Source: Hydrolagus colliei (taxonomy: Eukaryota). From it: a stretch of 64,000 bases of DNA. Both the position numbers and the translations under genes were made by a program. The stretch is taken from positions 8,060,001-8,124,000 of the forward strand of contig CM068748.1 in NCBI GenBank assembly GCA_035084275.1. The letters run 5' to 3'. This document shows positions 34,646 through 48,000 of the stretch, piece by piece (the first letter of the stretch is position 1; every line of letters starts with the position of its first letter). A model generated the notes under the pieces. The model searched no databases. It was not told the origin of the DNA and saw only the letters and a program-made list of their open reading frames with translations.

Positions 34646-36170
34646 TGTGACTGATCCCTGGTTATAAATAAGAACAACGATGGCAAAACTCTTCCTGAAT
34701 GAGATGCAGGCGAAAACAAAAAATGGCATTTACCCAAAGTGACCAAGAACCTACAACTGGATAGATGGCTTCACTCAAAAAGTAAAAATAAAAAAAATAA
34801 CTGCAGGCTGTTCAGTAAATAATTAATTGGCCTTGGGACGACCTCCCGACGTGGAAGTGGTCTATAAATGTAATTTTAGTGTTGTCATTAATATTGCTGT
34901 TAATTGAAGGAGTGACACAAACAGACTGAAAATCATCACAACAAAGTCCTGAGGGAAATTAAGGTTTTTCTGAGACATTTAATTGCTTATGTTTGGAGCA
35001 GATAACTTCTAAGAATAGATGTAATACTGTCGGGGAGAGTGAGAGTGAGAAAATACAGGAGGAAATTTAGGATACGGTTTCAAATTTTCTTACACTGCCA
35101 TGCAGTGTTAATTGAATGAAAACTGTTAAATTGTTTTGGTGTTCAATGGGTGAAAAGGAAGAGACACATATTCAACTGTCTTCAATAAAGGGAAATTAGG
35201 ATCAGGATGCAAGTGCTTAATGACCATCCTTTGTCTTTGTTTCACTTTCTTTCATTTCATTCCATTATAAATATTGATATCAGAGCTGCCTTTTTTTCCT
35301 TTTTTTTGGCAAAGCTCAACCACAGGCTTTGTGTGGTGAGGAAAGTCTGCAGCTCTAAAATTCAAAGTTTGAAGGCAACATTGGATGGAATGTGAAAACT
35401 TTTTTAAGATTCATCTGTTATATATATAAAACATTTCTGTAAATGGTAGACTTAAAGTCGGGATAATAATAATGAGGAACACTCGGCAGGTCAGGCAGCA
35501 TCTATGGAGAAGTGAAAACTAAGAAAAAATTAGTCAATGTTTCAGATCCATGACCGTTCGCCAAATTTCCAGCATCTGCCATACAATATTTTGTGTTTTT
35601 GTTAATAATAAGGATCCTCTTTAAATAATAATAATATTCCTTGCATTTAATATAGGGCTTTTGGGATCTTCTAGACGTCCCAAAGTGCTTCACAGAATAT
35701 CCAGTGGAGGTGCTATTCAAATTAATAGGACAGAACTATTTCCTCGTGTTGCAAAGATTACATACCATCACAGTGGACATACTGCATATCCTATTGAGCC
35801 CTGATTGGTAATTGTTAGCATTGGGAAGTTTCCTGCTCCTGAAAAATACCTGGTTGCTGGAATTGGAAGAGGGTTAGTTTAGTATTCTGATGGGATGAGT
35901 TATTTTATTAGGTCTTATTTTCTACATAGCATATTTCTTGAGTGACCAGTTCATTTATAGAGATCATTACAGATAGCTGCTGTCAGTGGGAAAAGTTTTC
36001 ATGAAAAAAAACATTTGAGTGGAGAGTGTTTGGAATCTGCATGCACTTGGGAATAGAACAGGATATATTTGAGGAAATCACCCTTGTAAGCTTTGGAAGG
36101 GTGTTTCTATTCAAGGTTTATCAGAACCATAGACCGATATGGAAACACATTGAACATTTTCTGTGCACGC

Positions 36171-36176
36171 TTTATT
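36171..36176 (-). terminator. Candidate A1CF polyadenylation signal AATAAA
   Basis: tttatt on +, ~1.35 kb past the stop, followed on - by GT-rich sequence. Confidence 0.4.
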
Positions 36177-37517
36177 GCTACATTCTGCAAATTTCTACAT
36201 TGACACTACTGTTGAACAATTGAGATAAATGTTTTATATAACAGTTTACATCACTTTGATGATAACACGTTAGAAACAAATTAAAACACAATGAAATACA
36301 TTGTAGCTTAAGATAATTATTATTTCAAACGTACAACTTGTGACTGTAAAGACACAAATTTCCCATGATTCTATGGTGCCAATTAATTCACATTTTATCG
36401 ACGTTCGTAATTTTCTCTTGATAACAGCGTTTCTTTTAGACAAATGAATGGTAATTATTTTTAATGTACATTGTAATATCTGAAAGAAAATGTCACATTC
36501 TCTCAGTGGAGAATTCTGTACAAACATTGATATTTTGACTACTGGTACAAAAATAAGTTCTGAATGTTCCAAAAGTACATTTTAATACTGTTACCTTTTT
36601 TTTTACTGCTTTGGCACCTATATGAAATACCTTACCAAGCCCAAAAGCAACATCAATGCTTTGAAAACACAATACAATAAAGCACAGGTTTAATGTTTTT
36701 GTTCCATTTAAACTGAAGAAAGTCAGCTAAAGCATTAAAGGGGAACAGACTAAATTAGATGGTAAATACTGAAGAAACTTAACTTTCCTCTCTTATCTAT
36801 TAGGTGTCATAACTATTAGATGTCTAGCAGCTGTGTGGGTGAAGACTTTTTCACCCACCTGAAAAAGGGCCATATTAACAGAGTTTGCTTTACATGTGCA
36901 CAGGACTAATGGCTTTTAAGTTCCTTGCAAGGAATTTGCATGATATAATGGGTATCTGATTATACAAGAACCACTTGGTGGCTTCAAAATAAAGCTAAAC
37001 ATTGGCAGAAAATAGTCAGTGTGCGATAATCCAAATGGCATCTCACCATTTAGCCAACTTGAACTCCCATCAGTAAAGCAGATGGTGCCTGTGGCTACTT
37101 TCTAACTATGCATAACTAGTCAGTTACACAAACGTTTTTGAAACAGTTAAATATTCTATAACTGAATATTCTGTACGGCTAAGGTATGAAGTACAATGTA
37201 AACATGAAGGCCAAATTATACCTGAGAAATATAAAAAATATTCATGGGTCTTATAGCTTTTTAAACCTTTTTTTCATAAGGTAGGTTCTCTTAACTTAAA
37301 ATACATCCTTAATGCATAGAGATGTCTATCATTACTGATCAATCTTATAATTAATCGGATTCTATCATTGAAATCTATTCTATCATATGTAGTATTAGAA
37401 TTACAAAAACAAATTGAGAGCAATGCTATCCTACAATCTGTTGCTTTTTAATATTAATTTAAAAATCATCATTCTTATGACAGCCGTGGATGAGAATGAC
37501 TGTCAATGCTTTATCTT

Positions 37518-37669
37518 CTAGAATGCTCCATATGCGTCTCCCCGTGTAGTCACTGCAAATGCTGGATAACCTTCGTACGTTGTGTATGCTGCGAGATCCT
37601 GTCCCAAGGCGACGGCTTGTTTCAACTGTGCAGCTGTCACAGTGGCTGCAGCCCCAGCTAATGCATATC
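37518..37669 (-). CDS. A1CF: A1CF last coding exon (..[25 protein letters not shown]...GAF*)
   Basis: ctgcag acceptor, stop TAG at 37520..37518. Confidence 0.94.
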
Positions 37670-38983
37670 CTGCAGCATAACATGGGAATGGGATATCAGT
37701 GGAAGAACCCAAGTAGGAGATAGGCATACACAAAGGTTTGCCTGAAAGAAGATGCAAAGCAGTCATTACCCTGGGTGATATTCACAACGTGCAGTCACTA
37801 CACAATTTAGGGGTTGTCTGTTGAGCAGGGTGCGATGCCCTTCCTTTCTTTCCCTTTCAAGCTGCAACCTTTCTAATAATGTTCTTAATGGCAATGTTTT
37901 TGTCAGATTGTTTCCATGTAAATGAGTTCATTTTCACAAAACAACTGCGATGGAATACATCAAGGAGATGGACAGTGATGATCACACAAAGCATAGCAGC
38001 CTAGAACTGACATTTTATTAAAAGAAGACTCTTATTTGACATTAAGTGTCTCCTGTTGGCCTGGTAATGGGAAAGATTTTATTTCCTGGTTCTTGTCTCT
38101 GTGTGGACCACTTAGGATTGAAGAACTCATTTTTTTTTAGATATTAAACGTCCAATCTAATTACTCCAATCAATTAGATTTTCACATTCCTATGATTGAG
38201 TTGAGCTGTTACAGTTTACAGGGGTCAAGGTATACCCTTGGGGAACTGTGGATAGCAGTTTATTTTTCACTGCATATCCCCAGGTTTAAACCCAGGCTTG
38301 GGTATGTTGTTTGGAGAGGTTTTATTCCGCCTCTGTCTGTGCTCTGTAACTGACTTTGACGTGTTTGCTACAAAACTGAAAGCCTAAATGTATTCTATTC
38401 TTTGGGACTCGAGCCACTTACATCGACTACAAATATTTAGCAAAATGATTTTACACTGATATCACAAATGTCAATATTAAATCCTTTCAAATGCAATAGC
38501 CCAATATGACACCAGACAGTATTTATATAGTGCCTTTCCCGTGGACTAGCATTCCAGATTGCTAAAAATACATATTTTAAAAAAAATTCAACAATGAATA
38601 TTTTTGCAACAATATGTTGCCTTGTAACAAGGCACATGCTTGTTTCACAACAGGCATTGTTAGTACAAATAATTTGCAGAATGTAATGTCAGTACGGACC
38701 TTTACATACCTGTGAAAGCTGCTGCAGTGGGTGGCTCGGCAACCTCAGGCTGAATTCCCAAGACCTGAAGGGTGTGCTCTGCTGCAAAACTCTTTGCTTC
38801 TTCAACAGATGTGCAAAGTTTGGCTGGTGTGAATGGATGTCTGAGAGCAAGCAAATCATCTGTTAACTTTCCAGTTGTTCCAAAGCATGTTATCCTTTCG
38901 CAATATCAGGAGTAATTTACCGTTGGCCGGAGTTTTGTTTTACTCTTGCAGAGGAATTCATTCTTTTGTCTTCTGAAATTACT

Positions 38984-39014
<31 letters not shown>

Positions 39015-42000
39015 CAGTAATTGCTAGACTCCTGAAATGTTTCTACTAGAAACAAATGATTCCAGTTGACCCGAATGATTCAGAAACTCATTGGCGGTAA
39101 AACCACCAAATGATAGGTAGGCATTAATAAACCCCAAATACTGCACTACCTTTATCAATGCAGCTTGAGAAGTCACACAGATGTCAAAAACAGGAATGAG
39201 CATATTTTCTCCAGATGCAAAATCTGGGCGTCTCTACTGTGCTATAGATCACAATCAATCCTTTAGTGATTGGATTTTGCTCTAAACTGTATTTGTTAGA
39301 GGAGAAAATCAAAACCAAAGTCGGTCCCTTCTCAGAGATGAGGAAATATTATTGAGGACTGGAATAAACAATTGTCTCCTAACTATTGGTCTGGCTCTGA
39401 TGATAGTGCTCTCCCCTCACATGTGTTCAAGCCCCATGTCAGGATTTTGAGCTCACAGTCTAGGCTGACACCCCTGTGCAATGTTCGGGGAGCACTGCAT
39501 TATCTGAAGTCTAATCCTTCAGATAAAATGTTAAACTGATGTCCTGTCAATTGATGTCCCAACCAAGATCCTATGCCATTATTTGTAAAGGTGAAGGGAT
39601 TTTTTCTGGTTCCCTGGTTGATAAACACCAAGATACTAATATCTATGGCTTGCCTTGGGACGTCCCCCCGATGTGAAAGGCGCTATACAAATGTAATTTT
39701 GTTGTTATTATTCAGAACTTCTAAAAACGTTTTGACTTTTAGCAGGCTTGACCAGTTTGTATAGTTTATAGAATGGACTTCCTTATGTTTATCACTATCA
39801 CTAATCACTAACACGTGAGAACCGAATAACCTTACAATACATCTGAGTTTTGTGTCAGCTGTAAACTTCTAATAATAATAAATTTGACAATAGGGGACAC
39901 TGAACATAACTTGCCCCACTGTGACATGTTATGTAAGCTGGTTTGGTGATGGAGCAATATCGTGTTAACTCTGTCCAAGAGCATGTGTCAACATAATAAC
40001 CCAAACTTCAATGAAAGTCGTGAACACTGGATCCACCCAATACCAGCAATACCGCTCTGATAAATTTGGCCCACAAGGTAGCTGACATGTCTATAATGTA
40101 GGTAGGTTTAACTTGGGCAGGCAGATTATATTGGCCACAATGCCAGGTCCTCCAGCTTTATTTTGTCCAAGATTGAGCTATGTATGTTTATTGCTTCCCC
40201 AAGTTTCAGAATAAACCATAGTGTAAGCCACTGTTATACAGGCAGTGTGAGACAATAATTCGCTTCTGATAACAAAGATGTTCATAGTCAAAAGTGGGGA
40301 ACCTCCACGCGATAGACAATGCATTCAAATAACAAAATTAAATCAGATTTATTATACAGTACATTAACCACAACTGGCAAGATATTCTTGGCTATGGCTA
40401 TTAATATTTGCCTTTACAGTATGTACACTTTGACAAGCAAGCTCGAAGAAATACCCATTTCTTTTTTATGTGCAGGAGTTATTGAAGGATTATTTTCCAA
40501 AAGTAGGTTTTGTGTGATTAATACAAAATGTCACTTCTTTTTTTTCATATATTGCTACTGGTTAAATTTTAAATTGGAAAGTTTTTGTCTTCATCTTACA
40601 AGGCTAGTGAAGGCTCCTAAGGCTATGTGACTGATTGCTTGGCTCATCAGCACAATGTTCTAAACTGTAATCTCTAAATCAGTTGCTGATTTAATTATTT
40701 TGCTTCATTTTCTTTGTTGTTAGAAGGGCAGAGAACTGGAACTAGACACTGAAGCAACTTTCTTATAAATGTGGGTTCAAACCAATTGGATGTCGAGGAA
40801 CCAAAGAAAAAAATTGGTTAAAAAGATAGATAAATGTAGTATTTCCTGTGGTAATTAACCTGCTGGGATCACGACTCCCCCCAGCTGATTGTGGAGTAGC
40901 ATTTAAGCAGAGGGACATGATCTTTGAATCTTGCTGTCTGGAAGAAGCAAATGATAGTGGCTGAGAGGAATGCCAATAGAATAGGTGAATGCGGAAAGCT
41001 TTTCTAAAAATTTTGTGACCCTCTTAGCAATTCTAGTTTCCTGTAAACTATTAAACATACAAGTGCCCCCATTCCCACTTTTAGTATACAGTATACTTGT
41101 ACTAGTTATTTATAGATTGCACACTCCACCATACTGGGAAATGCAACACTGTGTTAACACAGGTGAAAACATCCAACAGAACAGCAAATATAAATGATCA
41201 CTTTTCAGGAGTGTTTGTTGTAGTTATTTGCCACACTTTACTTATTTAATTCAAGGATAATAATAATAATAAAAGGATGATGGTGTTTCTCTTTGGTCAC
41301 TTTCAAAATAGCAGTTGTTCCAAATAAAGCTGTGAGTTGGATAGACTTGGTCACTATCCTTCAAGCAGAGGACAACCCTCTGTCAGTTAATATTAGCCGA
41401 AGATGTGCTTTCTGTCTTAGAAACTGTTCAACATACTGCTTACTTCTGTTTGCTGTCTCACAATCCTCTGTCGATTCTCAAACATCTGAGCATCTTTGGT
41501 TCCAACAGACTGGTCTGACTGGCTATTTCATACCCTGAAAGCTAATGATGTGGATATCAGGGTTTGAGTGGGAATAGAATACTATATTTAATTATGTCAA
41601 CTGCAACATAACGTGGTCATAGTGTAAAGGACACTGATAGAGCTCAAAGGGGACTGGACAACAGATTGATAAGGGATGACTGATGGACCTCAATGTAGAC
41701 ACCTTCTAAGTTATTGTACTCTGTACATGAAATGTGTGAAACATGAACAAATGCCCATTAATTGAGTGAATAATAATTTGGATATGATTACTCTCCCTTT
41801 ACATCCAGTTCACATGAAGTTAAAAAAAGGTCTGGACTATATCTCAAAGGCATCTGAATTTTTTTTTGAATCCTGGCATTTGCATGTTTTAAGTAATGTT
41901 ATTTTAACCCTGTGAAAATAATTTCTTAGGTATTTTTAGAACAGTGTGGGCACCCTGACTTAAATGGTAGCAAGGAATCTGAAAATGGTGACCAGGCTCT

Positions 42001-45000
42001 TCCAGACCTTGGGAATTATTTTGAAGTGGCAAAGAATGAATCTGATAAATAATAAAGATTCAGTAGATTATCTAACTTTGAATGTAATTTCAAAAATTCA
42101 GGAATCAAAATACAAAATTGAATGTTAAGTAATGTTTCAATTTTCTCCATACGCACCACACACACACTCCCAATTAAGAGAACTGGAATAAACTTGCAGT
42201 AATGGCAGATAATGTTGTGGTAATTCTCTAGATTTGCTTTTTTTAAAAAAAATCAAGGTTAAAAATGAAGTTATTTGTTTTATACTTAGATCCTTCAATT
42301 AAAATACCTATAGAAGACATGCTACTGGGAACATTGTGCTTCATATTTGGAATATTAGCTGGTCATAACTATGTGTGTGTTCAGCATAGTTAGATCAATA
42401 CTGTATTCTAGAGTTTAACTTTATTAGTCTGACTCAATCATGGGTTCAGTAGGGAAAGAACTACAACTTTGCTTAGTTGCATGAATTGTGTAGACTGAAG
42501 TTTCTAGGATATTATCTCTGGAGGACTTTGTCAATGGGCTTCGTAATGACTACTTAGGTCAACATAAATAAGATAAAACACCTTTCTGATTGTTGATGGA
42601 ATGTTTGTGTTTCAAACGAAAGTAAATAATTTCCACCAATCGCCAATGATATTCTGCCAATAATCCCATTATTGTGATGCCCGCAATCGCTTCATCACCT
42701 GGGCTCTACCAGTTTCACTACTACTGTAATCATTTGTTTTGTAGCCATGTTCTTTGCCACAACCATCAACTTCAAGTAACAAAAGGTCTGGGCCTTTCCA
42801 TTAGCATTTATTTAAAACAGGACTGTACAGATTTTTAAGAGATTAAATAACTTGTGCTCACCCGACAACTACCTCTATCTGGGGGGGAAAAAAACCTTAA
42901 CGTCTGGCAATTTGAAGACCATTCTCCTTCCTTTGTTTTGTTACAAGTAAATCCAAAGTATTCTTGCCTAGAAATGCTATTCATTAAGTGTATATTCTTA
43001 AATTTAGCCATCATTTGGAAATTGCGTTAAGATCAAGAGTATACAGAATGTTTATTTTACAGCCTTGTTGAAATTTCTCTCAGTAAAGCTTTTCTACCTT
43101 GACCTATCTTGTATTAATAAGTGAATGCATTTTAACTAAGCAGTTTGTCAGTTAATAAAAATGAAGCCATTCAATCCTAACTTACACATTGCTTCCTTGA
43201 TACTTTTGATGATAGATCAGTGATAAGATCATCATTATCTACCCATAAGTCATGCATACTAGTTTCAAATTCAATTTGTTTCTATTATAAACAAATTCAA
43301 TAGCTTTCCTTTAATACTCAGGGTTTATTCTATGACCTACTTGTATGTAATAATCAATGCGATGCACAGAATCTGAAAAGCATCCTTTCCAGTTTGGCAC
43401 CAGGTAAATTATGTGTTTATTGTCGCATTGTCCTTTGTAAATTTTTGCTTCTCTTGTGAAGCGAAATATTCATTTAAATATTCATTCTCATTGATTCACA
43501 ATTCTAGCTGAAATAACATTACATTGAACAAGTAGTACTGTGTATTAGTATGTGAATGCATTTTTGAATTAAATACTGCATGATGACAATCCTGCCGAGG
43601 TATGAGATCACTTTAGTCTTCATATATTAGTTTTTTTTGTTACTGATCTTCCTCTCTCGATGTCACATTCAAGAAAGTCTAAACCTATGACCTGACAGAA
43701 AAAATCAAAGCCTTCTATTGGAACATTATCTTAAGGTTCCTCCAAGATTCTATGAATTGTAGTCTCTATTGTTGGCTGATATTTTACAAGGATTTTCAAT
43801 TGAGATTGATTTCTTCATGCATTTAATTCATTCACTTCCATTTTCCTGTTACTTTTTTGTTGTTGAAATTGCAGAGTTTAGTCACATTCCTATTTTTAGC
43901 ATCTTCTTTGTCATACCTGTACCTCTGTTAGCCTTGATTCCTTTAGGATCTCAAAGCAGGATGAATTAACATCACTTTATTTCTTTGTGTTTACTGCTCT
44001 GATTGCAAAGTGCTTCACTGATTCCTGATAATCATGTCTGTGGTAATATACCAAGTTCAAATGTACATTTCAGATTTGTAATTCCCCACACCATTACATT
44101 TAAGAGAAGTATTTCTTATCCATAGACTACTATACTGTGATATTGGCCATATGATGTTACTGTTCGATCAAGAGTTAAAGGACAACTAAACTCTTAAAAA
44201 ACACATATAGAATATACACTTTAAATTGTCAAGTATGAAGCTGATTGTCTAATACTGTATATAACAGAGTAACATTGAAAGAAGGAAGGCCAAATACCTT
44301 CATGTGTTCACATTACAATTGAGACAAAAAACGGAATATTAAACCACAATGAAAAATATCTAAAAAGACTGTCTTTGGGGAAGCCTCTAGTATTTGTATT
44401 TCCTGGTCAATCATTTTCTGGTTACACTGTTTGTTAATTAGTAAACACAGCTAGTGTTTAACCATGTGGTCCTTGGGACTAATATCACTTTATAAACATC
44501 AACTTTGAAAAGATAACTCTAATATCAAATCATCGACCTACATGTTTGGGTATTGATTTGCCAGAGCAGGAATGGTGACTTTGTACAGGAAAAGCTGCCT
44601 TTGATCTGGCCCAATGGCAGAGTGAAGCTGGTAAACTGGTTGTCCCCAGTTATTTTTTTGGCAGATATCTTCCAGGATCTGTGGTTGAAGCAAAATTGCA
44701 TTTTGTTTTAGAATTAGCTTAATTTGAATAGATTTTTTTTCAATGTACAGTAACTTGTTTGATAAACCTTGAAAATGTTGAAGCGGCTTAAAAGTAACTC
44801 CTACCTGAGATGGATGCTTCATTCCTTGAGGTTTTAGTGTGACTGGATTGGTTGGAGTAAGCTCCATTCCAGGCAAGAGGTCGTAAAGTTTATCCTCTTG
44901 TCTTTTATCCATTTTCATGTGGTAACCAGCATACCCACGGCCAAGACCCGGGTAAGCCAAATAACCTCGACCTCCCAGCCCTCTTACTCCTGCAGCCCCT

Positions 45001-48000
45001 ACAGGTACACTCATGTAAATTTCTAGGAATGCAAGAAGGCATCAAACTGAATCACCAGTATCACCCTGATTCTCACTTAAATAAAAATGTTAGCCTCAAT
45101 AGCACAGTTATTTTGTTACTGAAAGGTGGCATTCATTATTTTTGTTCTTCCTCATTCAGTACTGTACTGAAGATATCATCATGTTTGGCAATTGTAATGC
45201 TCTCAGAACTGAGGTGGATGAAATATTTCCCTCAGTCATGAAGCTTGCAGTCAACAATGCAATGATTACATTTGTTTTTGCTTGTAACTTTAAAGAATCC
45301 CTCATTTGCCAGATTAATGAAGAACAGGAATCCAAAGCTAATGTCTGTGCTGTAAAGCATTGTTTTAGCTGATACATCACCATCAAATAAAAATTATGCC
45401 AATTATTGTTTAGCAAGCTCACCTTTTGAAATACTGTATCATCTATGTTTGAGGCTAAACATTTATTTAAAGCATGCATCGATCAAAATATGATTTTTTC
45501 GGTTATTTAATAAAATGATTTGTTTCAGTTATTTAATAATGAGTGAAAAGTGCATTTTCAGACAATACATTTTTTAAATATGCACTTTTTGATTGAATTT
45601 TCAGTTCCTTCAAAGAGATATATTGTACTGTTGAAGAATGATGAAGTAAAGTAGCTACTGATTGCAATGTTCTATGGTTAGTATTCAATAAATATATTCG
45701 TAAACCTGCATTTATGGCACCCATTCCTAATATTAAAATCGGTTCCTTCACAAAATTAAATTAATATTTTGATAGTAAGAATGATTCCCTTAATGACAAC
45801 TTGTAATTGTTTTGCATGCAGCAATTCTAAAAGATTAATAGGTCGGGCACAACTAAAATACTGTGAATACATAATGAATAAGATAGCTTGGCTCACACAG
45901 GTAACACTGAAACTGATGGACTCTATACAAAAATGAGTTGTATTTACATATCCCATTTAGTTTCTCTTTCAATTACCAGTTTTATTCAGACCAAATAGTT
46001 AAGTGTGATTTCTGCCCAAAGTAGGGGTAAAAGGGCTGGAGGGTCAGATTGACATCCTTTATTTTGGCCTTATTTTGCTCTTTGTCTGGTCTGAAAAGTG
46101 CATTTAACTGTTCTGCTTTTACCACAGATTTAAATGGAGGAGTGTCTGTCGGTTTTGTAATTATTGCTAAGAATTAGCTGGAATGTCTCACCAGTACTCT
46201 AATACTGTTTTCTGCAATGGTTTGTGGACTGTGGCTACCCAAACACTGGGTCCCAAATCTCACCCAAGCTATGCTGAGGGCAGCAAAGAAAGTGAGTGTC
46301 TCTTTGTAAGCAAGTTGTCCAAAAAAGGTTCTAATTTGCCCGTTGATCAATACATGATGAATAGCAACAATGAGAACTGGAATAGAAAGCAGATTTAACT
46401 TATTTACGTGGAAGAAGGCTCGAGCATTTGAACAATTCTTTGTTCTGTTTTTATGCTTTTAGAAAAGAATTTCTGTTGGGAAGCTCTGTTGGGAATCCTC
46501 ATCAGTTTATGAAGGCACCAGCTCTAATATTCAGAATGAGTGTTATAGTAAAGCTGGTGATTCCAGCTGTTATTGAAAGATAGAAAAAAAAGGCAAATTA
46601 CAGTACGAAGATAGGAGTTACCTCTCACAGAGGGAGTTCGTATCATTCCTCGTGCACTGAGCTGCGTCTTGTTTGGGAACCGCAGGTTGGGAATAGCAGC
46701 ATAGGCCTGAGGCGCATAGAAAACGGGAGCTCCGAGATAAGCAGCTGCTGGATCATATACCTGTCCTAAAGTGTATGTATAATCTCCCTGCAGGTTTGCC
46801 CCTCGGCCACCTGTTCCCCGAGTGTACCGCACGTAATTGTCCTTATCCACAGGCTTGGCCAATGTAACCTCAATTGGGGAGCCATCCAATACCTTTAAGC
46901 AGTGCAGAAAATGTATCACTAACCATACTTTCCATTAGATTATAAAAAGCAAACAACATCAGTGATTAAAGATTTTAATAGTACCTTTCCATTCATTGCA
47001 CCCATAGTGTTAATGGCATCTTCCCGGGTAATAAAGTGAACAAATGCATAGTCTCGGATTTTTTTTACTCTTTCAACTGTGCCTGAAAGCAACATATCAG
47101 AATCATGTTGTTGTACATTTCACAACACTGTACATCTTTTATTTATTTCTCATTAGTAATCAGTTTCCTAATATTTTAAGAATGATACAAAATACTACAC
47201 ATGAATTGAGTGTGTCTGCCTCAAGGACCATCCAATTTATTGTATACAGCATATAGAAAAATAGAATCTGGAGTAGACCATTCAGCCCAGCAAGCCTGTT
47301 CCATATCTTTCAATTACATTACTTCTGCATTACATTATTCCCAAATCTGCTGTCTGGCTGCCATCCCAACCCTTTCTGATGGCTTTTTAGTCATTAGCTA
47401 TGAATCGAAATTGCATAATAATGATCAAAGTCAAGTGCCTTAAAAGCAGTAATAGATTCAATTGGCCTCTTGCCCACTCGCTAATTTACCAGAAATAATC
47501 AATATGTTTGTCCTGTCTTCTATCCCTTCACGCATATTCATTTCCTAAGATAAGTCAATTCCAATCATTTGCAACATAGTTTATGATAATTGCAGTAAAC
47601 AGCTTGATATTGTTTACCATGCTATATTTTGGTCGCATATAGTGGTTTAATGCTAAAAATGCATTTATACAATCGTCTTAAAAATGTAACATAAGAGGAA
47701 TAGAATTTTAGAAACATTTCCTTATTAAGTGAGTCCAAATTTTCAATCATTGAGAATGAAATCAAATTGGCACTGCTGGTCGTACCTGGTTTGATGTTGC
47801 TGAATTCTTTTTCGATTGTTTCTTCAGTGGTTGATAGCATCAGATTACGCACATATAAAATTTTGACTGATGACATTGTTTCCTCATCAACTTCAACCTC
47901 TGGCTCAGCCCAATCTACTGCTATAGGGTGTCCCCATAACTGAATTCTTCCTAAATCAAAAAGAGACATTAAGCTGACTCATCAATCCTTCATTACTACA

